DNA of 63,804 nt, filler included, from a bacterium (GTDB lineage Bacteria > JBBIVP01): the NCBI GenBank assembly GCA_037439705.1. It is 4 parts of 4 records of this genome, joined end to end, with 100 filler letters (N's around TTAATTAATTAA, not from the genome) between each part and the next. Parts side by side here need not be neighbours in the genome. Positions count along the whole stretch, not along the records: positions 1 to 17,496 come from JBBIVP010000020.1; 3 more parts are not named here. One strand, 5' to 3'. The notes below the pieces were generated by a model. That model saw nothing but the letters and a program-made list of their open reading frames with translations, was not told where the DNA came from and made no database searches. Of the stretch, positions 1 to 10,033 are shown in pieces (positions within the stretch are counted from its first letter, which is position 1; every line of letters starts with the position of its first letter). The position numbers were made by a program, and so were the translations under genes.

Positions 1-60
1 CCATCTCCTTTTCCATACCTTACATCCATGGATACTATCTCTTAACCTAAAAGAGAAAAT

Positions 61-89
61 TTGACAGAAATTCTAAAATATGTTATAAT
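61..89 (+). promoter_or_regulatory. Consensus sigma70 promoter with extended -10
   Basis: TTGACA (61-66), 17-nt spacer, TGT-TATAAT (84-89), upstream of GAGGGG RBS and ATG 135. Confidence 0.8.
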
Positions 90-134
90 TTTTCAAAAAA
101 TTATGGGGGTCTGTATTAAAAAGAGGGGAAATAT

Positions 135-1586
135 ATGAAGCATGAGATAAAAAGAATCGGGAAGGAACTTTATAATTTTTTAAAGCACTACAATGTTGAG
201 AAGGTTGAAATTGGAATTTTAAAGAGAGATGATAGAAAATATATTTCCTTTCCGGAGATGGAAAGGATAAAATCTTTTCCATTGCCTTCAAAAATTGAAA
301 AAGAACCCGTGATAAAGGGGAAAAATATCTATATTTTAGAAACAAAAGATGACTGCGAGGTGGTTGTAAGAATCACTGTGAAGAAGGTTAAGAAAGAACA
401 CCTTTCCCTGTTCAAAATTCTTATCCATCTTTTTTACTCCTTGTTGGTTTATATGGATTTGCTCGAAAAATCTGAAACTCTCGGCAAAGAACTTGTCAAT
501 GTTATTCCTCAGGATTCTCCGTCAGAAGCACTTATATGGGCGATGAAAACGAGTGTTGAATTAACTGGCGGCGATGCAGGTTCAATAACTGTCTATGACA
601 AGGTGAGGGGAAAGATGACATTCCCTTATTTTTACAAAATGCCTCCTGAATTGACGAGGTTTGAGGTAGAATTCGGAAAGGGGCTTTCAAGCGACATTGT
701 GAGGAGTAAAAGGGGATACATAATAAATGATTACCCGAATTATCCAAATAGAATTGATGTCTTTGTTAAGGCAGGGGTTCAGAGTATAGCTGGTGCTCCT
801 GTGATATACGGAGAAAATATATATGGAGCGATTGGAGTTTTTGCGTTAAAAAAGAAAAAGAAATTTCTTCTTTCCGACCTTTATCTCACTGAGGCAGTTG
901 GAAGGGTTGCAGGCGCTATTCTTTATAACATATCCCGTGAAAAGGAGATAACCCTTGAGGCAAGGGAGCACATAGACAAGGCTTTCTTCTATGAACATCT
1001 GATTTCCCTCATTACCTCTGAAATCGTTACCCCATTGAGGCTCATACTTGGCTTCAGCTCTCTTCTCAAGGAAGATTTTGAGTGTATGAAAAATGAATCC
1101 ATTTCAAAATTCATAAATGCAATCCATTCATCAGCGTCAAAACTGGAAAACCAGATTTACTGCCTTACGGATTGTATGAGAACGATAACTATATGGGAAC
1201 CCATATCTCCTGTTGATACAAGACAGCTCCTTGAAATCCTCTCAAAAACGGTGGAGAAAACCTATCCTTATGTTGTAGTGCATCTGAAAAATCCTGAAAA
1301 GTTTCCTGTTATACCGACGAGGATGGCTCACCTGAAGTTTGTCTTCAACCAGATTTTCCGATATCTTGCAAAATACCAGGATTACAAGGGAAAGATAAGT
1401 GTTTCAAATTTCAAGAAAAAGGGAATTGAATCGTTCATATTTGAAGGTGGTGGGAAACCTTTTTCAAAAAGGGATGTGGAACTGCTGATACTCCAGAGAT
1501 GTGTTGAAACCTACATGGGAAATATCTGGTGGAAGGCGGAAAAGGGAAGGAATATAATTGCAGTGAACATTAGAACATACGATTGA
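135..1586 (+). CDS. GAF-domain sensor, degenerate histidine kinase-like protein
   Basis: GAF-like segment (GDAGSITVYD...GLSSDIV...SIAGAPV...GAIGV); HisKA-like TSEIVTPLRLILGFSSLL lacks the His; eroded HATPase. Confidence 0.75.
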   Translation: MKHEIKRIGKELYNFLKHYNVEKVEIGILKRDDRKYISFPEMERIKSFPLPSKIEKEPVIKGKNIYILETKDDCEVVVRITVKKVKKEHLSLFKILIHLFYSLLVYMDLLEKSETLGKELVNVIPQDSPSEALIWAMKTSVELTGGDAGSITVYDKVRGKMTFPYFYKMPPELTRFEVEFGKGLSSDIVRSKRGYIINDYPNYPNRIDVFVKAGVQSIAGAPVIYGENIYGAIGVFALKKKKKFLLSDLYLTEAVGRVAGAILYNISREKEITLEAREHIDKAFFYEHLISLITSEIVTPLRLILGFSSLLKEDFECMKNESISKFINAIHSSASKLENQIYCLTDCMRTITIWEPISPVDTRQLLEILSKTVEKTYPYVVVHLKNPEKFPVIPTRMAHLKFVFNQIFRYLAKYQDYKGKISVSNFKKKGIESFIFEGGGKPFSKRDVELLILQRCVETYMGNIWWKAEKGRNIIAVNIRTYD

Positions 1587-1589
1587 ATT

Positions 1590-1964
1590 ATGAGAATCCT
1601 GATAATTGATGATGATGCGGAGGAAATAGAACTTCTTGTCAGGTTTCTCACAAGACACTCTCCCTGTGATATTGATATAGCCTTTGATTTAGAGGAGGTG
1701 AAAATGTGGCTTGAAAAAAAGGATTACGATTTCGTGATTACAGATGCTTTCGTCGGTGAATTCAGTGCGACTGAAGTCATAAAGGCTGTGAAGGAGAGAA
1801 AGTCTTCTCCGCTCATCTACCTTTTCTCGGAAGAGAGCAATCCAGAACTTATTAAAAAATTCTTTGAGGAAGGAGTTAATCTTTATTTTCGCAAGGGATT
1901 TAAAGAGATGGAAAGTATGGTTATTTCTATCAGAAACATATACACAAAATTGAAGAAGGAATGA
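1590..1964 (+). CDS. Single-domain response regulator (receiver)
   Basis: MRILIIDDD...DFVITD...FS...YFRK receiver signature. Confidence 0.85.
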   Translation: MRILIIDDDAEEIELLVRFLTRHSPCDIDIAFDLEEVKMWLEKKDYDFVITDAFVGEFSATEVIKAVKERKSSPLIYLFSEESNPELIKKFFEEGVNLYFRKGFKEMESMVISIRNIYTKLKKE

Positions 1965-3025
1965 CGAAATTTCTCCTCCTGTGGACTTTTTTTGTTCTCT
2001 ATGAAGAGGGTGCGGACCTTTTGAGAAGTTATATTTTTCGCGATTTAAAAAGCGGCGTTGTTGCGGGTTTTTCCTTAAACCGAACGGACAGCAAACTGGG
2101 CGATATTGAAGATACGGAACCAGTTTCAACCGGTGGGTATGAAGGTGGCATTTTTAAAATTTTTGACTTTGGAAACTTTGATACTGGAATTTTTCTTGAT
2201 TTTAAGGACGAATCGTTATATGTATCCGGTCTTTATTCTGATACTTCAATACCGGATTTAACCCTCTATAAACTCATTGAACATGCGGAGGAGGAAGAAG
2301 AAATAAGTGCTGGGGTCCCATTTTTATTAAAAATTTTCAAAAATCTGATGTTCAAATCTTCCCTTGAATTTTCATGGAAAAATGCCTCTCTTCAACACGG
2401 TGATGTATATACCAATTATTCAGCAGAAGTTATAAAATTGAGCAGGAATGAGGTAAATTTTAAGTGGAAAATAGGGGGCGTCTTAAAAACAGGCTTTTTA
2501 AGCCCTTCAATTTCTTTTGGCATTCCCTTATTCTTAAGGGGAGACGCAAAGATGATGAGATATAAGGGAGCAACAATACTTATTGAACCTTTTGTCCAGT
2601 GGGGATACGACCCGAAGCCACCTCCCTTCATAAATACCTCCTTCGGTTTCCGTTCCAGAAATTTCAGTATACTTTTCATCTATTCATTTTATGGAAGATG
2701 GGGAGGAGGTTTTTATGGAATAGATAGAACAGAATACAGGTTAAAAGGCATTCCTTCACACGAGATAGGTGGCATCGCTTCGTTTAGAGTTTCCTCAAAC
2801 GAATTCCTGATGGGATTTAATTATGAAGGAAAGGATTATACCACAGAAAATATCCCTTATTTAACCGGAGATAGATTTCTCATCATTTTAGGGTATGAGA
2901 AAAAAAATCGGTATGTTTATGGAATATTTCTCAAATGCCTGCTTTCGGAAAGGGACTCCAAATTTTTACGAAAGATGAGCGTTTTTCTTACAAGAATAAC
3001 AATGGATTTTTCAATTGGTTTTTAA
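1961..3025 (+). CDS. Hypothetical protein, probable outer-membrane beta-barrel
   Basis: Hydrophobic N-terminus, Gly/aromatic-rich alternating strands, C-terminal Phe (MDFSIGF); ATGA overlap with upstream gene. Confidence 0.55.
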   Translation: MTKFLLLWTFFVLYEEGADLLRSYIFRDLKSGVVAGFSLNRTDSKLGDIEDTEPVSTGGYEGGIFKIFDFGNFDTGIFLDFKDESLYVSGLYSDTSIPDLTLYKLIEHAEEEEEISAGVPFLLKIFKNLMFKSSLEFSWKNASLQHGDVYTNYSAEVIKLSRNEVNFKWKIGGVLKTGFLSPSISFGIPLFLRGDAKMMRYKGATILIEPFVQWGYDPKPPPFINTSFGFRSRNFSILFIYSFYGRWGGGFYGIDRTEYRLKGIPSHEIGGIASFRVSSNEFLMGFNYEGKDYTTENIPYLTGDRFLIILGYEKKNRYVYGIFLKCLLSERDSKFLRKMSVFLTRITMDFSIGF

Positions 3026-3091
3026 AGGAAATTTGACGAATTTTTTTTGTTGATTAAATTTTCAGTAGAAAAAATAAAGGAGGTGATGAAG

Positions 3092-3538
3092 ATGGCGATA
3101 AAAAGATGGAACCCAATGAAGGAATTCCTGCAGATGCAGGAAAGAATGACAAGGCTTTTTGACGAAATCTTCCCCAGAGTGGGAAGAATGGAAATTGAAC
3201 CGTTCGGTGGATGGATTCCTCCTGTGGACATATACGAAACCCCTGACAAGGTTGTGATTGAAGCGGAGGTTCCCGGAGTGGAGAAGGATAACATCAAGAT
3301 AGAATACTCAAACGGAATCCTCACAATCAAGGGGGAGCGCAAACTGGAAAAGGAGGTGAAGGAAGAAGATTATCACAGGCTGGAAAGGGCATATGGAAGC
3401 TTCCAGAGAAGTTTCTCAATTCCCTCCACAGTTGACCCTGACAAGATAAATGCAGTTTACAAAAACGGGATCCTCAAAATAGAACTTCCAAAACAGGAAA
3501 AGGCAAAACCGAAGGAGATAAAGATAGAGGTAAAGTGA
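3092..3538 (+). CDS. Hsp20/alpha-crystallin small heat shock protein
   Basis: WIPPVDIYET...PGV...GILTIKGERK...ERAYGSFQRSF...NGILKIELPK, C-terminal IEVK; AAGGAGGT RBS favours ATG 3092. Confidence 0.95.
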   Translation: MAIKRWNPMKEFLQMQERMTRLFDEIFPRVGRMEIEPFGGWIPPVDIYETPDKVVIEAEVPGVEKDNIKIEYSNGILTIKGERKLEKEVKEEDYHRLERAYGSFQRSFSIPSTVDPDKINAVYKNGILKIELPKQEKAKPKEIKIEVK

Positions 3539-3563
3539 GGGGGAAATTTCCCCCCTCTTTTTT
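3537..3563 (+). terminator. Rho-independent terminator
   Basis: GAGGGGG-AAATTTC-CCCCCTC hairpin followed by T-run right after the Hsp20 stop. Confidence 0.8.
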
Positions 3564-3785
3564 ATTTTGTGGAGGGGGTCTTAAAAAATTGTTGAAAATG
3601 TTATCGGTGTGAGGGTCCAACATTTTTATTTTTTTAGCGAATGGAATAGCTTAGTAATTGAACCTTTTTATACAATTATTCCCTTTTAACTCAAATCTCA
3701 AACCCACTTCCCCCTGGGCACAATGTCCGTGTGTTTCTACACCTTATTGACAATGCCTTCTTTTTGTGAAATAAATTCTATTGAA

Positions 3786-4922
3786 ATGGGGAATAAATTT
3801 AAAATTTTTCCTCCTGTGCTGATGAAATTTGATTCCAACAAAGAACTTATAAATTTTTTAAGAAAAAGTGGATTTCAAGAAAGCAATTTTTCTGATATTG
3901 AGGTTTTATGCATTCATCTGAAATTGAACGGAAAAGGGTTTATACATTTGAAGGAAAAGGTAAAAGACAGAAAAATAGAAATTGCAAGGAATAAAAAAGA
4001 AGAAGTCCTTATAAAAGGTGGAGCAACCGAAATATCAAAAATTATCGGAGAAAAACACCTTTTCAAAACAAGTATTCCCCCACTGAAAATAGGCAAAAAA
4101 ACATTTTGTTTTGGAGAAAAAACATACATAATGGGTGTAATCAACATCACTCCCGATTCCTTTTATTCGGGTTCAAGGTTTCCAGATGTTGAAAAAGCAA
4201 TAGAAAAAGCCATTTCAATGGTGGAAGGAGGAGCAGACATAATTGATATAGGTGGAGAATCAACAAGACCTGGAGCAAGTTCTGTTTCTGCAGAAGAAGA
4301 AATGAAAAGGATTTTGCCCGTAATAAGAGAAATAAAAAAACTTACGGATGTGCCAATCTCAGTGGACACCTATAAATCAAAGGTTGCTGAAAAAGCAATA
4401 GAAAATGGAGCTGATATGATAAACGATATCAGTGGTCTGAAATTTGACAGAAAAATGGTGGATGTAATAAAAAAGTATAAAATGCCGGCAGTTTTGATGC
4501 ATACCTCAGGAAAACCATCTGTAATGCAGAAAAGAACAAAGTATAAGTGGCTTCTTGGAGAAATATCAGCATATTTTCTACAAACATTAAAAAAGTTAAA
4601 TTCACTCTCAGAACTGACAATTCTTGACCCGGGAATAGGCTTCGGAAAAACCCCTGAGCAAAATCTCTACATCATTAAACACCTTGAATTTCTCAAAATT
4701 TTTGGAAGACCGATTCTTATAGGTCCTTCAAGAAAATCCTTTATCGGATATTTTGGGGGCGGAGAAAAACCTGAAGAAAGACTTGAAGGAACAATAGCAG
4801 TAACTTCTCTTTTAGCCTATAAGGGAGTGGACTTTGTAAGAGTCCACGATGTGAAGGAGATAAAAAAAGCCCTTTCAATTGTTGAAGCTTTAAAAGGGGT
4901 GGAAAAAAGGGATGTTTTTTGA
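3786..4922 (+). CDS. folP: Dihydropteroate synthase with N-terminal extension
   Basis: IMGVINITPDSF, DIGGESTRPG, ISVDTYK, DPGIGFGK, SRKSFIG, VRVHDV; exact start uncertain (ORF opens at 3723). Confidence 0.93.
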   Translation: MGNKFKIFPPVLMKFDSNKELINFLRKSGFQESNFSDIEVLCIHLKLNGKGFIHLKEKVKDRKIEIARNKKEEVLIKGGATEISKIIGEKHLFKTSIPPLKIGKKTFCFGEKTYIMGVINITPDSFYSGSRFPDVEKAIEKAISMVEGGADIIDIGGESTRPGASSVSAEEEMKRILPVIREIKKLTDVPISVDTYKSKVAEKAIENGADMINDISGLKFDRKMVDVIKKYKMPAVLMHTSGKPSVMQKRTKYKWLLGEISAYFLQTLKKLNSLSELTILDPGIGFGKTPEQNLYIIKHLEFLKIFGRPILIGPSRKSFIGYFGGGEKPEERLEGTIAVTSLLAYKGVDFVRVHDVKEIKKALSIVEALKGVEKRDVF

Positions 4923-5652
4923 TGTTCTGAAATCAATTTTGGATATCGCTCTCACTGCTTTTATAATTTACGGAATTCTGTTCTTTCTTAAAGGCACAAA
5001 AGCAGGAGAAATAGCATTCGGATTTATGTGCCTTCTCCTCATTTATCTCCTTTCAGATTTTTTTGGCTTGGCCTCTTTAAACTGGCTTCTCGGAGGATTT
5101 GTCGCAAATTTTCTCCTCATCATAGTCATCGTATTTCACCCCGACATAAGGAGATTACTTGGCACACTCGGAGAAAGAGCAAGACTAAAAAGCTCCGCAC
5201 CCCCTCAGAGTTCAAAAATCATTGGGGAAGTAATAAAAGCAGTTATGGCTATGTCCGAAAAGAAAATAGGTGGGATAATTGTGTTTGAAGGAAACATAAA
5301 GTTAGATGACCTTGTGGATATAGGAATAAAAATGGACGCTGAGGTTTCAAAAGAACTCCTTCTTTCCATTTTTTCTCCCCAGTCCCCAATTCATGATGGA
5401 GCAGTTATAATAAGGAATGAAAGGATTGCAATAGCTTCTTGCTTTCTTCCAATGACAAAAAATCCCCATCTTGAGAAAACCTTTGGCTCCAGGCATCGCG
5501 CGGGAATAGGAATTACCGAAGAAACCGATGCCATAGCAATTATTGCGTCCGAGGAAACGGGGAAGATCTCCCTTGCAAAAGGTGGAATGTTGATGATAGA
5601 ACTGGACGAAACAAAATTAAGAAAAGAAATATCCAGTCATTTTAAAATATGA
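4912..5652 (+). CDS. cdaA: Diadenylate cyclase (CdaA/DacA)
   Basis: Three N-terminal TM helices, HDGA and GSRHRAG motifs, SEETG. Confidence 0.93.
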   Translation: MFFDVLKSILDIALTAFIIYGILFFLKGTKAGEIAFGFMCLLLIYLLSDFFGLASLNWLLGGFVANFLLIIVIVFHPDIRRLLGTLGERARLKSSAPPQSSKIIGEVIKAVMAMSEKKIGGIIVFEGNIKLDDLVDIGIKMDAEVSKELLLSIFSPQSPIHDGAVIIRNERIAIASCFLPMTKNPHLEKTFGSRHRAGIGITEETDAIAIIASEETGKISLAKGGMLMIELDETKLRKEISSHFKI

Positions 5653-6539
5653 AGGATATAACTCTCAAACTCCTTTCCCTGTTTCTTGCCATTCTTATCT
5701 GGCTTTATGTATATGGAGTGAAAAAAATGGTTTTTTTCAGAGATGTGCCGATAGATTTTTTAAACCTTCCCCCTGAAAAGGTAATAATTGAATCCAGTGC
5801 ATTTTCTGTAAAAATAAAGTTAAGTGCCTCAAGAAGAATTCTGGAAACTGTAAAGCCTTCCATTCGTGCAGAAATTGACCTTTCCTCAGTAAAGGACGGA
5901 GTAAACATAATTGAAATAACTCCTGGAAATATAAAGGCTCCACCGTATGTAAAAATCCTCTCAGTATCCCCGCAAACGATTGAAATTAAAATTGACTCCG
6001 TCACAGAAAAATCCCTTCCAGTGATTGCAGAAATCCCTGTGGATGAAGATTACATTGTGAATGACCTGAAAACAATTCCTCCGGAGGTAATTGTGGAAAC
6101 TCCAAAATCATTTACGCCTAATGAAAACTTCCTGGTCTTAAAAATAGATAAAAAATGCAATAAAGAGGGAAATTTTGTGTATCAAAGTCCGGTATCATTA
6201 AATTCAGAAAATTTAATACACATAACCCCGAAAGAAATAAAGGTTAAATGGAGATGCGACAAAAAAATGGAGGAAAAGATTATAAAGAATCTGCCTGTCA
6301 TTATAAAAAACAAAAAAGAAGGTATGAAATATTTTTTGAAACCTGATAAAATAAACTTAAAAATTAAAGGCTGGGCAAAGGACATTAAAAATATGAACCT
6401 GAAGGATGCGATAGAAATAAGTGTTGATGTAAAGGATTATAAGAAGGGAAGTTACGAGATATCACCGATAATAAAAACTCCTGATGAAATAGAAGTCCTT
6501 GCTGGAAGTGAAGAAAAATTAAAATTGAGGGTGGAATGA
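5649..6539 (+). CDS. cdaR: CdaR/YbbR-domain protein
   Basis: LKLLSLFLAILIW anchor, YbbR-like repeats, position between cdaA and glmM. Confidence 0.85.
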   Translation: MKDITLKLLSLFLAILIWLYVYGVKKMVFFRDVPIDFLNLPPEKVIIESSAFSVKIKLSASRRILETVKPSIRAEIDLSSVKDGVNIIEITPGNIKAPPYVKILSVSPQTIEIKIDSVTEKSLPVIAEIPVDEDYIVNDLKTIPPEVIVETPKSFTPNENFLVLKIDKKCNKEGNFVYQSPVSLNSENLIHITPKEIKVKWRCDKKMEEKIIKNLPVIIKNKKEGMKYFLKPDKINLKIKGWAKDIKNMNLKDAIEISVDVKDYKKGSYEISPIIKTPDEIEVLAGSEEKLKLRVE

Positions 6540-7885
6540 AGTCTTTGTTCGGAACAGATGGAATAAGAGGAATAACAAACCAGTATCCCATGACACCATG
6601 GATTGCACTTAAGGTGGGAATTGCTTTGGGGAAACTTCTGAAGGGCGGAAGGGTAATAATAGGAAAGGACACGAGATTATCAGGTTACATCTTTGAATAT
6701 GCGATTTCTTCCGGATTGTGCTCCACAGGGCTTGATGTATATCTTGTAGGACCTTTTCCAACGCCCGGAATTGCCTTTCTCGTCCCTGATATGAGGGTTG
6801 AAGCGGGCATTGTTGTTTCGGCATCCCACAATCCCTTTTATTACAACGGAATCAAAATTTTTGGAAAAGATGGATACAAAATTTCTGATGAGGTTGAGGA
6901 TGAAATAGAAAATTTTATAAAAAATGGAGGAGAAGACCCATCAATACTGGCAAATCCAAGAAATACAGGGAAGGCATACAGACTAAAAGAATCAGCAGGC
7001 AGGTACATAGAATTTCTCAAGAATACCCTTCCAAAGGGAACGAGGCTAAAAGGAATAAAAATAGTTATTGATTGTGCAAACGGCGCTACATATAGAATTG
7101 CACAAATGCTCTTTGACGAACTCGGAGCGGAAGTAATAACAATAAATGCTGAGCCTGATGGATTAAATATAAATGAAGGATGTGGTGCCACTGACCCCAC
7201 ATCCCTTAAAGAAGCGGTATTAAAATATGGAGCAGATGCCGGATTTGCATTTGATGGAGACGGAGACAGGTGTATAGCAGTTGATGAAAAGGGAAGGATA
7301 TTAAATGGAGATGACATATTAGCCATATGTGGAGATTTCCTGTTAAAAAAGGGGAAGATTGAGAAAAGAGGAGTTGTTGTAACCCATGCGAGCACAATAG
7401 GTATTGAAAAATTCTTCCATAAAAGAGGGTGTCAGGTAATAAGAACAGATATTGGAGACAGATATGTGGTAGAGGCAATGCTTAAAAATGGATTTCAAAT
7501 TGGAGGTGAAAAATCAGGACACACAGTTTTTTTGAACTACTCAACTACAGGAGACGGACTTCTAACATCCCTTCAGGTGTTAAATGTAATGGTAAATGAA
7601 GACAAACCCCTATCCATCCTTTCTTCATCTTTTGAAAAACCATGTGAATTTTCCATTGATATACCCGTGAAAACAAAAATACCACTTGAAAAGATAGAAG
7701 GATATGAAAAATTTAAAAGGGAGATGGATTCAAAAATAAAAAATGGAAGGATTTACATAAGGTATTCTGGAACAGAGCAGAAACTTAGAGTTCTTGCAGA
7801 AGGATATGACGAAGAAAATGTGGAGATGGTTGGAAAGGAAATAAAAGAATTCTTTTTAAAAAATTTAGACATTCAGGAGGAATAA
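6536..7885 (+). CDS. glmM: Phosphoglucosamine mutase
   Basis: [35 protein letters not shown]. Confidence 0.95.
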   Translation: MKSLFGTDGIRGITNQYPMTPWIALKVGIALGKLLKGGRVIIGKDTRLSGYIFEYAISSGLCSTGLDVYLVGPFPTPGIAFLVPDMRVEAGIVVSASHNPFYYNGIKIFGKDGYKISDEVEDEIENFIKNGGEDPSILANPRNTGKAYRLKESAGRYIEFLKNTLPKGTRLKGIKIVIDCANGATYRIAQMLFDELGAEVITINAEPDGLNINEGCGATDPTSLKEAVLKYGADAGFAFDGDGDRCIAVDEKGRILNGDDILAICGDFLLKKGKIEKRGVVVTHASTIGIEKFFHKRGCQVIRTDIGDRYVVEAMLKNGFQIGGEKSGHTVFLNYSTTGDGLLTSLQVLNVMVNEDKPLSILSSSFEKPCEFSIDIPVKTKIPLEKIEGYEKFKREMDSKIKNGRIYIRYSGTEQKLRVLAEGYDEENVEMVGKEIKEFFLKNLDIQEE

Positions 7886-7886
7886 A

Positions 7887-8627
7887 ATGGTTAGATTAGG
7901 AGTAAATGTTGACCATGTTGCTACGGTGAGGCAAGCAAGAAAAATTGACGAGCCAGACCCTGTGCTTGCAGCTTATCTTGCTGAACTTGCAGGTGCTGAC
8001 AGCATAATATGCCATCTCAGAGAAGATAGAAGGCACATTCAGGACAGATACCTTAAACTCTTAAGGTAAACAGTAAAGACGAAATTGAACCTTGAGATGG
8101 CTCCAACTACAGAAATGGTAAGAATTGCGCTTGAAGTAAAACCCGACCTCTGCACACTCGTTCCAGAAAGAAGAGAAGAACTTACAACAGAGGGAGGACT
8201 GAATGTGGCACTTAACATTGAAAGCTTAAAAAAGACCATTAAACTCCTTCACGATGCGGACATAAAAGTAAGCCTTTTTATAGACCCTGACCCCGAACAG
8301 GTAAAAGCAAGTCACAGATGCGGGACGGATATAATTGAAATCCACACCGGAAGATATGCTGAAGCAAAAAAGGAAAGGGAAATTGAAAAGGAACTGGAGG
8401 AGATTGAAAATGCTGCAAAATTTGCAAGCAAACTGAAATTAGGAGTGAGTGCCGGGCACGGTCTGAATTACAGAAATGTTCCACTTATTTTAAAAATAGA
8501 AGAGATTGAAGAACTGAACATAGGGCATTCCATAGTGGCAAGGGCTGTAATAGTGGGATTTGAAAGGGCTGTGAGGGAAATGAAAGAACTTATTTTGAAT
8601 ACCATTGCTTTGAAAAAAAGTGTTTAA
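7887..8627 (+). CDS. pdxJ: Pyridoxine 5'-phosphate synthase interrupted by in-frame TAA at 8067-8069
   Basis: [11 protein letters not shown]...[10 protein letters not shown], then the same frame continues past TAA as [11 protein letters not shown]...[13 protein letters not shown]...HGLNY...LNIGHS. Confidence 0.9.
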
Positions 8628-9033
8628 AAAGGTTTTAATAGTTGCAATTGTCGGTTTTCTGATATATCCACCGCTGAAAAGCAAATTTCTTTCCATGAAA
8701 TTCAAAAAGGACTTTGAAGAAAAGGTATCACTTTCAATAGAAAAAGTTGTTGAGGGACATCAAGTAGTGGAAAAAACAATAGAGGAATGGATGGCAATTG
8801 AGTCTCCAAAATATCACCTTCTAACGAAGGAGACACCATTAACTTTCTGGTGGGCAGAGGATTCGTTAACAGTAAAAGTAAATTATTCAATTCCTATTGA
8901 TTTTTATATATACAGGCTCTATCCCGAATATTCCCATTCCTACTATGTTGAATTCAAAGAAATAAAAAAAACCCTTGAAATAAAAAGAAAAATTGAAAAG
9001 AAATATCAAACCGGGGAAGATATAGAAAAATAA
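8620..9033 (+). CDS. Hypothetical membrane-anchored protein
   Basis: 137-aa ORF overlapping pdxJ end, N-terminal hydrophobic helix. Confidence 0.65.
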   Translation: MFKKVLIVAIVGFLIYPPLKSKFLSMKFKKDFEEKVSLSIEKVVEGHQVVEKTIEEWMAIESPKYHLLTKETPLTFWWAEDSLTVKVNYSIPIDFYIYRLYPEYSHSYYVEFKEIKKTLEIKRKIEKKYQTGEDIEK

Positions 9034-9035
9034 AC

Positions 9036-9971
9036 CTATTTCCTTGAATATCCGAGCCTCTTCAGGTCATCCTCGTTGACGCTCCATTTTTTTCTCACTT
9101 TTACCGTAAGGTCAAGATAAACTTTCCTTTTCAAAAGAAATTCTATCTCCTCTCTGGCTTTTGTGCCAATGGTTTTCAGCATCCTTCCGCCTTTCCCTAT
9201 CAGGATTCCCTTCTGTGAATCCCTTTCTATAAATATATCTCCCTTTATATAAAGGACACCATTTTCTCTTTCGCTTATTTCTTCTATTAAAACTGCTGTA
9301 GAATATGGAACTTCCTCTTCAAGAAGTTCATAGATTTTTTCCCTTATGAGTTCTGCGAGACGAAAATTCAGATTCTGATCCGTGGTTACTCCTTCATCAT
9401 AAAAATGGGGAGATTCTGGAAGAACCTCTACTATCTTTTTCAAAAGAATATCTATTCCATCTCCTTTAAGGGCTGAAACTGGAATTATTTCAGAATAAAC
9501 ATTGAACGAATTGAAAACTTCAATAACAGGAAGAAGAAGGTTTTTCTTTATAAGGTCTATTTTATTTATGAGAAGAAATACCTTCTTTCCCTCCGGAGAA
9601 AATCCATTCTTTTTCAGAACTTCTGTTATATAGGTAGTCCCCTCGGTTATACCGTGCCACACGCATCCCTCTTCTTCAATTTTTGGATAAACCTCAACCA
9701 TGTGCAGGACAAGGTCGCATTCATCAATCGCTTCCATTGCTTCCTCCACCATAAAGAGATTCAATCCCTTCAGTGCCCTGTGAATTCCCGGAGTATCAAC
9801 AAAAACAATCTGGGCATTATCAATGGTCTTTATTCCCCTTATCCTGTTCCTCGTCGTTTGAGGTTTTTCGGTTACTATTGAAACTTTTTCTCCAATTATC
9901 TTATTGAGAAGAGTGGACTTCCCAACATTCGGTCTTCCGATAATAGCAACAAATCCTGCCTTCTTTTCCAT
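9036..9971 (-). CDS. era: GTPase Era
   Basis: GRPNVGKST, KPQTTR, DTPG, NKID, KH domain with IGKGG. Confidence 0.97.
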   Translation of the reverse strand: MEKKAGFVAIIGRPNVGKSTLLNKIIGEKVSIVTEKPQTTRNRIRGIKTIDNAQIVFVDTPGIHRALKGLNLFMVEEAMEAIDECDLVLHMVEVYPKIEEEGCVWHGITEGTTYITEVLKKNGFSPEGKKVFLLINKIDLIKKNLLLPVIEVFNSFNVYSEIIPVSALKGDGIDILLKKIVEVLPESPHFYDEGVTTDQNLNFRLAELIREKIYELLEEEVPYSTAVLIEEISERENGVLYIKGDIFIERDSQKGILIGKGGRMLKTIGTKAREEIEFLLKRKVYLDLTVKVRKKWSVNEDDLKRLGYSRK

Positions 9972-10002
9972 AAATAATAAAATATCACAGATAAATAAAA
10001 AT

Positions 10003-10024
10003 AAAAAAGGGGGGGATGCCCCCC
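10003..10024 (-). terminator. Rho-independent terminator of the lipoprotein gene
   Basis: G7/C6 hairpin followed by T6 on the minus strand, about 10 nt after the stop at 10034. Confidence 0.7.
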
Positions 10025-10033
10025 AACTAAAAA

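Noticed and set aside
1-29. Possible start of a minus-strand gene (MDVRYGKGD...)
   Set aside because: Only nine codons are visible at the window edge; cannot be supported
3564-3785. Intergenic region before folP as a riboswitch or sRNA
   Set aside because: Only a weak AAAATGTT/AACATTTT repeat; no recognisable riboswitch consensus
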